DNA of 64,000 nt from Octopus sinensis (GCF_006345805.1 NC_042998.1:14632001-14696000); one strand, 5' to 3'. Numbered from the stretch's first letter, positions 1-13,330 are shown. Notes: generated from the sequence alone by a model not told the origin. Numbers and translations are program-made.

Positions 1-2117
1 GAAAAAAAGGAGAAAAAGGCTCTACTTACTGTTGTTGGTGGGTGGGGGGTGGCTCCCTTGTGCTTTTGCACGGGTGCTTCAATAATTTTTTGTAAAGTTT
101 CTGAGAGAAACTTTTCCCTAACGATCCCAACGTTAGGGAATATTTGTTTTATTTCGTTGTAAACTTTTTGTTTATTTTTATTTGTGAGATGTGTGCTGGT
201 GGTGTGGTTGTGTGTAGTATTATGAAATCTGTAATGTTTGTGCTTGTTTTGTTTTTCAATACTCAACCAGTTCCTGGTTTCTTGTATTCACTGCTGTAAA
301 CGTGTCTGTAATTCTGTCTGTGTTTGTTTGTGTCTGTGGTAGTGGCAGTAGTGGTGTCGAAAGTGTTTTTGTTTGTTGTTTGTTGTTGTTAGTGTGTGTT
401 GTTGTTGATGTTGGGAAGTACTGTTTGTTCGTGTTCCCTGTAAATCTTTTTGTTTTTTCCTCCTTTTCTTTTTTGGAGGCACTATGTTCCATTCTCCTTT
501 GTTGAATCAGAGCTCGCACAATCCGAGATCTCTTCATCCGGCAAAGGAATGGTTGAGGGGTCCTTCAGTAGCAGGACGAAAAGTTTTTGGTTCCGCCGGT
601 ATCGGTGGTGGCCGCTGCTCCTGTTACTGTTGATGTCGCTGCTGTCGACCTTCGAGGTACTGGTGTCGGTGTTGGTTTGGTGGTGGTTGTCGGTGTTGGT
701 TTGGTGGTGGTTGTTGTTGTTGGAGGTGGTGTTGGTCGTCTTGTGCTGGTGTTGGTGATGGTGTTGGTGGTGTGGCAGCCTTTGCTGTTCTCTTGCTGTT
801 TTTGTTGTTTCTGTTGTTGTTGGCTTGTGTTGTTGTTGTTTGTTGTTGTTGTGGTTTGTTGCTGCTGCCTCTTGCTGAAAGCCTCCATCCTCTTTTTGTG
901 AATGGGACAGTCCCTCTTTAAGTGGCTTTCGCTGCTGCAGAGAAAACATTTTGGCTTTCGCCCCTCCACAGCAACGTTTTAGCCTGGTGGCCGTCCGGCA
1001 AACTTACGAAATCAGGGACTTTACTTATATTGTCTTGCTGAATTTGCGCAAGAAGCAGCACTCCCATCCCCAACCAGTTTTTTCGCCCTCACTCTCTCCT
1101 GACATCTAGATGGTGGTAGTGTCCTCTATATCATAGAGGACAGCTGCCACCAGCCATGACATATCTAGCTCAGGGGGTGCGAGGTCGATTTTTATTTTTG
1201 TTACTCTTCGCCCGAGGTGGGTCGGAATAGTAACAAATTCTCAGTTTGCAAGGGCGAAATGGCGTTTCGCCCTTGCAAGCTCCTCTGTTGGGAAGCGAAC
1301 TTCCACGGTTCCAAACGCTTCCCCTTGGTTACGTAGCTCTTTTTGGCCCAAATGGGCTTTAGAGCTATCTCCAACTGTTGGGGTGTGGCATTTGTTATTC
1401 TTTTTAGTTTTCTGTCGAAAACTTTGTAATTATTGTTTTCTTGTTGGTGCTTCAATCACCTCTTGTGGAGTATTGAGGAAGATACCATTGCCATCCTTCC
1501 TAACAACTCCTTCGCGCTTTTCACATCTTCTAGAGTTATCTTAACTTCCTCCGAAATTTGGTTCGCAGCAGAAGCAAAATTGTTGGAAGTTTTTTTCTTT
1601 TTTCTCCGTGTCAATGTTTGTGATGATTTTGTAATTGTTTTTTTCTTCCTCCTCCTTCCGTACCAAGCATTGGGTGAAGGCAGAGGGGGAAAATCGAGAA
1701 TTACGTCGAACGCGACGTCCTGGCTTGCATTCTCCTTTTGAACGGAGCTCGTGCTCTGCGGTTCGGAAGGAGAATCTTTGTTGCCTTTTAAGGCGTGAAG
1801 TGGGTGTTTTGTACGAGTTGTGTGTGTTTGCGGAGGGAATGTAACTTGAAGGAAGGAACAGCCAACTGTTCGCTTCATAGCCATGTTTTTTTGTTGTAAT
1901 ATTCAAAATGTTGAAAAATGTCAAATGTTCAAAATTTTAAAACGTAATTTCACCCCGAATGGGGCAAAATTTCGTCCAACCGACGAGCTCCGCAAGAAGC
2001 CGGTCGGTGTGGCTACAAAAATATTAAAAAATATTCAAACCTAACAATAGATTTCAAATGAAATTGGTGTCAAATTCACGGAGCTGATTCACGTACGTCC
2101 ATCGGCGTCGGAAGGAA
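1..2117 (-). mobile_element. Tx1/L1-clade non-LTR retrotransposon, copy 1: 5' UTR and ORF1 (continues beyond window start)
   Basis: Near-identical to 5852-7978. Contains CCHC zinc knuckle CFLCSSESHLKRDCP (ORF 565..969) and Q/T/N-rich low-complexity ORF1 segments. 5' end abuts (TAA)n at ~2120. Confidence 0.9.
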
Positions 2118-2410
2118 TGATAATAATAATAATCAAATCTCTTTTATTGGCCACAAGGGCTGACACGCATGATTACATAAAGGGACAAGACAGGACGAAA
2201 GGTTACAAAGGGTTTTGTCCGTTTGTTAAAAAATCCGTGTAAAAACTTTAAAGCAATATATTATTAAACAATGAAAACTCCCAAATGGGGAGACGTCTCG
2301 AAATGTTCCCGGTGGAAAAAACCCTACAAAAGCCAACGGGAGCCTGGTCAAAAAAAGGGGGGGTAGAGAGTCCCCTTTCTTCTCCTTTTACATTACCTTT
2401 TTCTTTGAAA

Positions 2411-5400
2411 TCACAGGCGAAACCTGAGAACTGGTCCATTTATACAGGCCAGTCTCGCACAATTCACCCACCTTTCATAAAACTTGCTATCGGACAGCAC
2501 TTTCCTCTCTAACCTCATCTTCCTTTTCAAGTGAAACTTGAAAAAGTTGATGAGGCCTTGACCAAAGAGGAAAGTGTCTGACTTTAGCCCTTTCAACAAA
2601 CGAGTCCACCACACGACTTCTTTCGCCACAGCCACAAGGCACAAGAAAACGGCCTCGCCCTCCTTGTTAAAGGAGGTCGCGGGGCAATCTTCACTATGGA
2701 TTCGGCCGATAGTCGGATCGTCCTCCGTGACAGTAGCTGTTCGACATAAACCCATATTTCAGCAATCTGCGACGGACGAGCGCGTGCAGAACGGTTTCGT
2801 CGCCTGGCCTGGCAACCTCGGGCAGGGCTGCGGCGCTGCGTTCCGTGCCGGTAGAGTTTATCTCGAACAGGCAGAGCCCCTCGTAGCACTGCCAGGCGAG
2901 AGACCTCTGGAAATTATCCATCGGCCCCGGCCCGAAGCCTCCCGAACAGACCGCTCAGTTCGTCGTCTTCATCAACCCTAGAGTTTCCCCGAGAACGTCG
3001 TCGCATTTTTCCTCCACTAACCCTCTATAGAACGCTAGAGTGGAGCTGTAAACGACCGCATTGCCCGCCTGGTGGAGGGCGGAGAGGGCTTGACGGCACT
3101 CGAGTGCCAAGCGCCCTTTCTCGGTCTACGTTTGATCCAGGTCTGCAGCTCCGTCAAAGAGACGAGCTGCGGAAAATCGCGTCTGACAAAAGACGACCAC
3201 ACCTGTTCACCGTCTAGGAAGCGCTTGAGATGCCGCAGCCTGAGCGCATGTCTGCGCAACAGCAACCACGGCATTCCAAGGCCTCCGTTCAGCGGTCGTT
3301 GACAGAGATGGATCGCCTGACCAGTGGCACCTGACCCTTCCACAAAAAGTCGAAGAGCAGGCGTACCAGCTTGGCCAACCAGCGGTCGGGACAAGGGACG
3401 ACGTCAAGCGGTAATAGATGACGGATGTGATGTACGCATTCGCCACCTCCGCTCGACCTTTCAGGGACAGCTTCCTCTCGGCCCATTTCTGGGTGAGACG
3501 TGCCACCCTGCTCGTCACCTCTCTCTTCCCAGTTCTTATCCACCTGGAGGTCCGGACCGAACCAGACCCAGCAGTTAACGGGTCCGTCTGTCCAGCGCCC
3601 TACGACGCTGTTGGACGGCATGGGCTTGCCTCTCCAGGTGCCCAGTTGCAAGCCCACAGACTTTTCCGCGTTAATCTTTGCCCCTGTCACGCTTCGTACT
3701 GGTTTAGCGTCTCGCCAATCAGGCCAATGTGCCTGTGGCTCGACACTACCACGGTGACGTCGTCGGCATAAGCAGACACGCTGTTTCCGCCTCCTAGATC
3801 GCGCGGGATGCCCCTCAAAGCCTCCAACTTGCGCAGTAATGGCTCGAGAGTCAAAATGTACAAGAGGGAGGAGAGAGGGCATCCTTGGCGGACCGAACGC
3901 GAGATGTCGAACGGTTCCGAAAGGTGACCGTTCACCCGTATCACCGAGCAGATGTTGCTGTATAAAGCAGCGATCCACCCGCGGAAGACTGGACCGAAGC
4001 CGGCTGCCTTGAGGACAGCTGCCAGGTACCGATGGTCGACCCTATCGAAGGCTTTACTCTGATCCAAGTTGATCAAAGCCCCACCCGCGCCAGCGTCGTA
4101 CACCCACCCTCTCTATGATGTAGCGCATGAGATGGAGGTTGTCGTGTATCGACCTGGTCGGCACGGCGCATGTCTGCGTCCCGCCGACCAGCTTGTCCAC
4201 GACAAGCGCCAATCTCTTGGCTAGCACCTTGGCCAAAATCTTCAACTCTGCATTGAGCAGAGTGATGGGCCGGAAATTCCCTATAACGTCCCCCTTGTTT
4301 GGGTCCTTCTTTAGCAAAGCCACCACCCCTCGACAGACAAAAGCAGGAATTCTCCCGTTTTGCTGCCAGTTGCAGTAGACGTTTGCCAACAGGGTCGCAA
4401 ACAAGTCTGGCATTGAAAAGTAAAGCTCGTAGGGCAGACCATCCAAACCCGGCGATCTACCTCTCGTGCAACTCTTCATCGCTTCCTGTACTTCCCAGGC
4501 AGATATCGGTCCTTCGCAGCACTCTGCCTCGCTGTCCGAGAGTTGCGGCAGTCCGTCCAGGTACACACCGAAGTCTGTACCGTTGGTGTCCGTTCCACCG
4601 CTCGCCCAAACAGTTGAGCAAAGTGCCGCTGAAGCCCCGTACACATCTGCTTCGGTTGGTAACCTCGCGCCCGTTCTGGTCCACCAAAGACCGAATGTTG
4701 CTCTGTTGCCTCGCTTCGCCTCCGCCACGCGGGCCCATCGAGCGGCTCTAGTCCCCTCCCCGCTTAGCGAACGTGCCTTAGCTCTGACAACGCCCTTCGT
4801 GTTTGGCGTCGAAGTGTTGGTCGAGGGCCAACCTTGCCGCCAACACGTCGGTCGCGATGCCAGTGTCAAGAGCCTCGTCTAGTTTCTTAACTAAATCCCC
4901 TCTCTCTCTTCCTACGTTCAATAGCTAGAGTCTTACTATAACCTAATCGACTCTACTCTAATTGCTCTCTTGAGGGCAAACCACCAGTTGTTGTTGATGA
5001 TTGCCCCCGTGAGCGCCCGCTTAACTAGTAAACTAATCCGGTCTCTGTAAGCTTTGCACGCCGTTAACGACGCGTTCAGCTTCCAGTAGCCGGGTCCCTG
5101 TCTATGTAGCCTATCTAAGTCGACCGTACAGATCACTAATTTGTGGTCCGTATATTCGACTAGGTGGAATTGTGGACACCCTACGCTGTCCTTATCCGCT
5201 GGCCTACAAAACACTCTATCTAAGTACGATCTAGACGACCCGATGCGGTTTGTCCAAGTCCACATTGGCACATTCGGGTTGTCTAGTCGAAACCTGTCGG
5301 ACAGCTGAAAGCGGCCGAGTAGGTTGGCGAGGTTCTTGCACCCTCCCCCTCTCCTATCAGACGCTCCCCTGCCCACCCGATCGAAACGTTCGTCTAAGAC

Positions 5401-5836
5401 AGCGTTCCAATCCCCAACTAGTACTAGAGTGCGTGACGTTCCCAGAAAACTTCCAGACGTTTGAAATAATCCGACTGCCCTGCTCCTGTCGGAGCGTAGG
5501 CAGCCAGCAGTCTGAAAGCACCGCCGTCACTACCGTCGACGTCGAGGACCACCAACTTACCTTCCGGATCCAAGAAGACTGTCCTTATTTTCAGGTCCAG
5601 GCCCTTCCGAAACAACACCGCAGTAACACCACCACCGCCCGCTCCCGGCCGACACGGAGATAGAAATATCTCGTATCCGCCGAAAAGGCTGTGAGTTCCT
5701 GCGGGTGGGAGAGCCTGGTTCACTGATGGCTGCTACATCCACATCATGAAACCTCAGGTCGTTTAACAGGTGACCCTGTTTTCCAAGGTGACCCGAGGCC
5801 TCTCACATTCAAACAACCGATTCTAAGATTTGCCAT
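2411..5836 (-). pseudogene. Tx1 ORF2 (AP endonuclease + reverse transcriptase + C-terminal domain), frameshifted in this assembly
   Basis: Starts MANLRIGCLNVRG. APE motifs TWTN..SYLDRVF and YTDHKLV, then GPGYWKLN. RT motifs SPGLDGLPYE, NFRPITLLNAELKILAK, LDQSKAFDRVDH, VRQGCPLS, AYADD across ORFs 4936..5376, 4054..4869 and 3687..4103. Confidence 0.92.
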
Positions 5837-5872
5837 GTTTCAAAGTTAGTGGAAAAAAGGAGAAAAAAGGCT

Positions 5873-7752
5873 CTACTTACTGTTGTTGGTGGTGGGGGTG
5901 GCTCCCTTGTGCTTTTGCACGGTGCTTCAATAATATTTTTGTAAAGTTTCTGAGAGAAACTTTTCCCTAACGATCCCACATCGTTAGGGAATATTTGTTT
6001 TATATTTCGTTGTAAACTGTTTTGTTTATTTTTATTGTGAAATGTGTGCTGGTGGTGTGTTGTGTGTAGGTATTATGAAATCTGTAATGTTTGTGCTTGT
6101 TTTGTTTTTCAAATACTCAACCAGTTCCTGGTTTCTTGTATTCACTGCTGTAATCGTGTCTGTAATTGTGTCTGTGTTTGTTTGTGTCTGTGGTAGTGGC
6201 AGTAGTGTGTCGAAAGTGTGGTTGTTGTTGTTGTTTGTTGTTTTTGTGAGTGTGTGTTGTGGTTGATGTTGTTGTTGATGTTGGGAGTACTGTTTGTTCG
6301 TGCTTCCCCTGTAAATCTTTTTGTTTTTTCCTCCTTTTCTTTTTTGGAGGTACTATGTTCCATTCTCCTTTGTTGGAATCAGAGCTCGCACAATCCGAGA
6401 TCTCTTCATCCGCAAAGGAATGGTTGAGGGGTCTGCTTCAGTAGCAGGACGAAAAGTTTTTGTTTCCGCCGGTATCGGTGGTGCCGCTGCTCCTGTTACT
6501 GTTGATGTCGCTGCTGTCGACCTTCGAGTTACTGGTGTCGGTGTTGGTTTGCTGTGGTTGTCGTGTTGGTTTGGTGGTGGTTGTTGTGGTTGGAGGTGTG
6601 GTGTTGTTCGTCTTGGTGCTGGTGTTGGTGATGGGGTTGGTGTGGTGGCAGCCTTTGCTGTTTTTTTGCTGTTTTTTGTTGTTGTTGTTGTTTGTGTTTG
6701 TTGTTGTTGTTTGTTGTTGTTGTTGTTGTTGCCTCTTGCTGAAAGCCTCCATCCTCTTTTTTGAAGGGGACAGTCCCTCTTTAAGTGGCTTTCGCTGCTG
6801 CGAGAAAACATTTTGGCTTTCGCGCCCCTCCCAGCAACGTTTAGCCCTGGTGCCGTCCGCAAACTTACAAAATCAGGGACTTTACTTATATTCTCTTGCT
6901 GAATTTGCGCAAGAAGCAGCACTCCCATCCCCAACCATTTTTTCGCCCTCACTCTCCTGACATCCAGAATGTGGTAGTGTCCTCTATATCATAGAGGACA
7001 GCTGCCACCAGCCATGACATATTTAGCTCAGGGGGGACGAGGTCGATTTTTTTATTTTGTCACTCTTCGCCCGAGGTGGGTTGGAATTAGTAACAAATTC
7101 TCTCAGTTTGCAAGGGCGAAATGGCGTTTCGCCCTTGCCAGCTCCTCTGTTGGAAGCGAACCTCCACGGTTCCAAACGCTTCCCCTTGGTTACGTAGCTC
7201 TTTTGGCCCCAAATGGGCTTTAGAGCTATCTCCAACTGTTGGGGTGTGGCATTTGTTATTCTTTTTAGTTTTCTGCTGTCGAAAACTTTGTAAATTATTG
7301 TTTGCTTGTTGGTGCTTCAATCACCTCTTGTGGAGTATTGAGGAAGATACCATTGCCACCTTCCTTAACAATTCCTTCGCTCTTTTCACATCTTCTAGAG
7401 TTCTTAACTTAACTTCCTCCGAAATTTGGTTCGCAGCAGAAGCAAATTGTTGGAAGTTTTTTTCTTTTATCTCCGTGTCAATGTTTGTGATGATTTTGTA
7501 ATTTTTTTTTCTTCTTCTCCTCCTCTTCCCGTACCAAGCATTAGGTGAAGGCAGAGGGGGAAAATCGAGAATTACGTCGAACGCGACGTCCTGCTGCATT
7601 CTCCTTTTGAACGGAGCTCGTGCTCTGCGGTTCGGAAGGAGAATCTTTTTGTGCCTTTTAAGGCGTGAAGTGGGTGTTTTGTACGAGTTGTGTGTGTTTT
7701 CGGAGGGAGTGTAACTTGAAGAAGGACAGCCAACTGTTCGCTTCATAGCCAT
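5873..7752 (-). pseudogene. Tx1 ORF1 (gag-like, zinc knuckle), frameshifted
   Basis: ATG at 7752 (MAMKRTV). Homologous to copy 1 ORF1 including SSESHLKRDCP. End coordinate approximate. Confidence 0.7.
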
Positions 7753-7997
7753 GTTTTTTTTTTTTGTAATATTCAAAATGTGAAAAATGTCAAATGTTCA
7801 AAATTTTAAAACGTAATTTCACCCCGAATGGGGCAAAATTTCGCCCACCGACGAGCTCCGCAAGAAGCCGGTCGGTTTGGCTAACAAATATTAAAAATAT
7901 TCAACCTAACAATAGATTTCCAATGAAATTGGTGTCAAATTCACGGAGCTGATTCACGTACGTCCACGCGTCGGAAGGATAATATAATAATAATAAT

Positions 7998-8028
<31 letters not shown>

Positions 8029-8049
8029 TATAATAATAATAATATAATA

Positions 8050-8155
8050 ACAATCGAAAAATTCTTCGGAATAAGAACCCAGTTCGAAATTACCCCCAAA
8101 ATACCTAAAAAGGCTGGAGAGTATATCACCCGAAACGTCGGTTTGTTGACTAAAT
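8050..8155 (+). mobile_element. Degenerate copy of the hammerhead-bearing short repeat (family also at 25350, 31001, 31460)
   Basis: atcgaaaaat..ggaataagaacccagttcgaaatt..aaggctggagagtatatcacccgaaacgt aligns to 31464-31555. The CTGATGA core is mutated. Confidence 0.7.
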
Positions 8156-8402
8156 TCTTAGGGCGGTGCCCGGCATGGCCGCAGTCTGATGACTGAAACA
8201 AGTAAAAAACAAAAAAAAAGGAAAGACAAAACGAATATATATGTAAGTGTGTATCTGAGTATGCGCATATATGTATGTGTGTATGTGTGAGTATGTTTAT
8301 ATATGTGTATGCATGTCTGTATGTCTGTGCGTATATAAATAGAGATAAATAGATATAGATACAGACATATAATGTAGGAGTGGTAAAATGCATTCATATA
8401 TA

Positions 8403-8434
<32 letters not shown>

Positions 8435-8794
8435 TAGGCAGTGAGAACCTTCTCTAACGTAGCATAGAGCTCAGTTTTTTGGGTTAAGCGTAAATATAAG
8501 CTTATTATATCATAAGTTGAGATCCAAGATGTGTGTATGTGCTCGCCGACTTGTGCATTAAGACAAACACTATCATCTCTCTCTCTCTCTCTCCCTCCAT
8601 CTCTCTCTCTTCGCCTCCGTCCCGACCTCTCCTCGCCTCTCTCTCTCCTCTTCTCTCCTCGCTTTCTCTCTCTCTCTCAGCTCTCTCTCTTCTCCTCCTC
8701 TCTCTTCCTCTCTCTCTCTCTCTCTCTTCTCCCCCTCTCTCTCTGGGCGATTTTTTTCCTCTGGTCTTCCCGTCTCTGGATCTTTCCTTCCTAT

Positions 8795-8828
8795 GTTCCG
8801 ACGAAGAGCTCCGCTCGAAACGTTAAAC
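8795..8828 (+). ncRNA. Minimal type I hammerhead ribozyme-like motif (U4C core variant)
   Basis: gtt-CCGACGA-a-gagc(tcc)gctc-GAAA-cgtta-aac: short stem I, 4-bp stem II, palindromic AACGTT in place of stem III. Confidence 0.5.
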
Positions 8829-8962
8829 CCTCCGTCTTTCTTCTTTCCTGAGCGTCCAATAAAATACAATATTTATTCACGTCCTCACATTGTTGTGTTT
8901 TTATGTGTTTCCTTTTTGGATTAACTATAATATATATGTATATATACATATACATATACTAT

Positions 8963-8994
<32 letters not shown>

Positions 8995-9808
8995 ATATAT
9001 ATACTACTTATATACATATATACATATATATACATATATATACATATATATATACATACATATATATATATACATATATATAACAATATCTATATGTATA
9101 TACATATATATACATACATATCTATATATATACATATATATACATATCTATATATATATGCATATATATATACATATCTATATATACATATATACATATC
9201 TATATGTATATATATATACATATATAGACATGGCCTGGACCAATCTTTGGTCGAAACATATCTAAATTTTATCTAAGTTTTATATACACATATATAAACA
9301 ATGTTCTTGATTAAGCATAATATGTTTGTGTTTTACAAAAGTATAGAGTAGCGCAACAGATTAATATCAAATTGTGGTTTTATGTTGCTGAAGTTAAATA
9401 CAACTCTTGATATATGTACACAAACACACACACACGTACGCATCTTTTTAGTATATGTGAATATATCTCTTATTATAGAATTATATAGAAATAGCATTTT
9501 GTAGCATAGATTATGTTATTGCAAAGAAAATACATTTAATCATAACATAGTAAAATCCAGTTTATTATCAGACTAACTAAACGTTAGATGGCTTCATTCT
9601 TGTACATTCTTAATTGAGTTTTTGTTAATTAATATTTCAACGATTTGTTTCCTGACTCTCTCGAACAGAACAAATCGCTAATCTAAACGTATATTACTTT
9701 TCTTTTCACCAACCAATTAATTAAAATCTCTTAACTCACTATATTAAATAAGTTATCATCAACCATACCATTAGTTAAGTATAGTACATATTCAGCAGAA
9801 CGCATATG

Positions 9809-9851
<43 letters not shown>

Positions 9852-10385
9852 ATATTATTATATATATATACGTTTATTTAGTAAGGCGCAAATATCTTTA
9901 TACCATGCGAAAGAATTATAGCATCAGTATTAATCAAAAGGCGTAATACGATATCAAAAAATAACTGAAACTAAATCATTCTAAGTAGAAACACACAATT
10001 ACCAAATCAATAATAATATAGGCTAATTAAGTGTGAAATTTGTTACTTTTCAAAGGAAGTGTATTCTCAAGTTCATCTGACCTATAGTTTATGATAAATG
10101 CCTTTTTTTGTTTTACTCTCTTCTTTATTTAATTTCATTTCCTTTCAATGAATTTCTAGTATAGTTTGATTTATTACTCGTTTATTTTATTACTGTGTAA
10201 ACCGAACAATAAATGAGAGATAATATGTGCGTGTGTGTATGATAGAAGATACATACATGTATATATATATGTATGTATGTATTTATATATATAAGCACGC
10301 ATATATATTTATACATGCATATTTATATATATATAATATGTGTGTGTGTGTTAGTGTATATATATATATAGAGAGAGAGAGAGAC

Positions 10386-10478
<93 letters not shown>

Positions 10479-10589
10479 AAATGAAAGAAATGAGAAATAA
10501 AGAAATATTCTTACAATGCAGAAAGTTTTACAAAAACAAAGAATTATTAGAAACTTTCATTAATTCTCTTTTTCTTCGTGTTACAATGC

Positions 10590-10860
10590 TTCAAACGGCA
10601 CATTCTGCTCGTGAAATTAACGTCTAAGTGACTGAGCACCCCACAGACATGTGTACCCTTAACGTAGTTCTCAGAGAGACATAGAATGTGACAATGCTGG
10701 TCCTTTGAAATACACGTTCAAGTCATTTATGCCAGTTGAATGGACTGGAGCAATGTGTAATGAAGTGTCTCGCTTAAGGATACAACGAGCCGCCGGGGGA
10801 AAATTCGTGACATTTCGATTGTGACCCGGTTACCATAACCACTAAGCCATGAGCCTTCAC
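10590..10860 (-). mobile_element. Old tRNA-derived SINE (family C)
   Basis: Minus strand begins gaaggctcaTGGCTTAGTGGtta (A box). Decayed B box, then a ccttaagcgagacactt core-like segment. Confidence 0.55.
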
Positions 10861-10988
10861 ATATCTGTATATATGCGTATAAATACATATATATTGTTGA
10901 ACGTGAAAAGCCAGTTACCCAAAGCAATCGTGCATCGATGATCTCTCTATGTTCCGTCTGTTCCAATAAAGAATGCTAGAAACATTTT

Positions 10989-11151
10989 GGCATAGAAGTG
11001 GTTGTGTGATAAGTAGCTTGATTACCAACCACATGGTTCCGGGTTCAGTCCCACTGCGTGGCACCTTGGGGAAGTGTCTTCTACTATAGCCTCGGGCCGA
11101 CCAAAGCCTTGTGAGTGGATTTGGTAGGCGGAAACTGAAAGAAACCCGTCG

Positions 11152-11183
<32 letters not shown>

Positions 11184-11405
11184 TGTGACTGTGTATATGT
11201 TTGTGTGTCTGTGTTTGTGCCTCCAACATCGCTTGACAACCGATGCTGGCGTGTTTACGTCCCCGTAACTTAGCGGTTCGGCAAAAGAGATCGATGAAAT
11301 AAGTACTAGGCTTACAAAGAATAAGTCTTGGTGTCGATTTGCTCGGCTAAACGCGGTGTTCCAGCATGGCCACAGTCAAATGACCGAACCACTACTAGAG
11401 ATAAA
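10989..11405 (+). mobile_element. tRNA-derived SINE family A, full length
   Basis: A-box-like head, B box GGTTCAGTCCC, caccttggggaagtg core, internal (TA)n, tail ccagcatggccacagtcaaatgac. About 12 related copies or fragments in the window. Confidence 0.88.
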
Positions 11406-11657
11406 ATATCGAAGAGAATGAAAAATAAAAACATTTACTATCTAACTCCTGGACCAATGGTTTCAGACATTTTTTAGCAAATACAATAATTTGCTAGGCG
11501 AAGCCTTCTTCAGCAGGTATGTCTTTAAATGTACACTGTAATAATATATAGTCTATTGACTAAATTTTTTACACGTTAGTCCACTTGTAATGGAAATTTC
11601 TAATATTCCAGATTACCCTTTGATATTATTAATTATATATACATATACATATTCATA

Positions 11658-12050
11658 TCTTTATATATAAAAGTGAGGTTGTGTGCTGTCTGTCTCCTAC
11701 GATTTAGATTCCTAACTACTCCCACATTTTGCGGTGCAGTTTAACCAAAACCGGGTATCTTATAGTCGTGATTCATATCGAGCCCTTCTGGGTATTAGCG
11801 CGCGTCTACGATGAGTCTACGATTTAAAAAAAATTTACCATCAATTTTTCCCATTTTTAATGCACTTTTGGCATATATAAGGGAAGTAACTCTCTAAAAA
11901 TTTATTAAATCTCAGAACGTAAACAGCTACAGTAACACCCCCCCCCTTTGTGGTAGCCATATTGAGATGGCTATTATACTTTACATCTCTAAAAATGCTT
12001 ATATAGTTATTTCCCTTACAAACCCGAGCAACGCCGGGCGATACTGCTAG
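11658..12050 (+). mobile_element. Non-autonomous Helitron (393 bp)
   Basis: Inserted between A and T. 5' TC (TCTTTATATATAAAAG), 3' CTAG, subterminal hairpin cccgagcaacgccggg at 12023-12038, no TSD. Confidence 0.85.
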
Positions 12051-12949
12051 TATATATATATATATCGAAGCAGTGTAATCTTCTGTGTTATCGGAAACTA
12101 TCCAAGAACTTGGAATTCCTATATATACATATGCAAACACTTGGCTCACAAGGCAACACTCACGCAAATGAAACCAAATATATCACTCATTATTACCAGC
12201 CGACGTTTTTATTGCATGAGTTGCTATTGTTGTTGGTGGTGGTGTGTTTATTGTTTATCAGCAGGTTTGCCCTATCTGAGGCAGGCTTGTGATTAAAGGG
12301 GTTATTTTTACTGTCCTGCTCTCTCTTTCTAATTCTGGGCTTTGCATATCTAGAACTGTATTCACCAATATGTTATTCATCCATTCTGCGAACAACAACA
12401 ATACTTGGGGTGCGGTTTTTAACGAGATTTACACTGATATTTGTAAACAAGTCAAACAACCATTGTAGAAACCACGTCGTTAGTTCGAATAACAAACAGC
12501 GATAAAATGGATGGAAGAAGGTCAATTTAATCAACAATAACCATCCATTAATTGTATAGCAATGCAATAACGTGAGAAATCAATACATGTATCATAACAC
12601 CTATCTTTAAATATACTAATTATCGGTTGATAACACACAACTCACCGTAGAAAACAAGCACGTACACACTGCACATACAGGCAGCTGACGATTCACACTC
12701 ACATACAATAGCGTATATGCACACACATCCACGCAGTTCCTGATCGCGACCTCAATTGGAATACTTTAGTTCTTCAGTGTCTTCAGTTATCCGCTAAATC
12801 TTTGCAAGTATTGAAACATTTATCTTACATATCGGCAGGTGTTACAGACAAACCGAATAGTCAGAAAGAGTCACGTGAAAGTATAAGATGGCTGACAGAC
12901 AATATAGTATTCTGCTGTTCATTACAATAAATGCGTGCTTCTTCACAAA

Positions 12950-13285
12950 CACATACACACACAGACACTCATATATATATATGTGTGTGTGTATACATAC
13001 ATATACACACACAGACACTCATATATATATATATATATATATATTGTGTGTGTGTGTATACATACATATATATACATATATATTTACATATATATATATA
13101 CATACACACAAACACATTTGTATATATGCGCAAATATGTAAGTGTGTGTATATGTGTGTGTGTTTTATGTGTGTACATATATATAGAGATATTTTATACC
13201 TACAGATACGTATATATTCATACAGATATAAATATATCTACATGTATACAGGTATGCATATATTTTAGACATAGCTATACATACA

Positions 13286-13330
<45 letters not shown>

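Larger units (their letters stand above)
2134..7978 (-). mobile_element. Full-length Tx1/L1-clade non-LTR retrotransposon, copy 2 (~5.85 kb)
   Basis: ORF1 plus ORF2 with APE and RT motifs. 3' end reads gcccttgtggccAATAAAagagatttg then (ATT)n. Flanked on both sides by (TAA)n. Confidence 0.93.

Noticed and set aside
9233-9262. gacca..tggtc-GAAAC hairpin resembling a hammerhead 3' half
   Set aside because: The CTGANGA half is missing, so it is at most a decayed relic.
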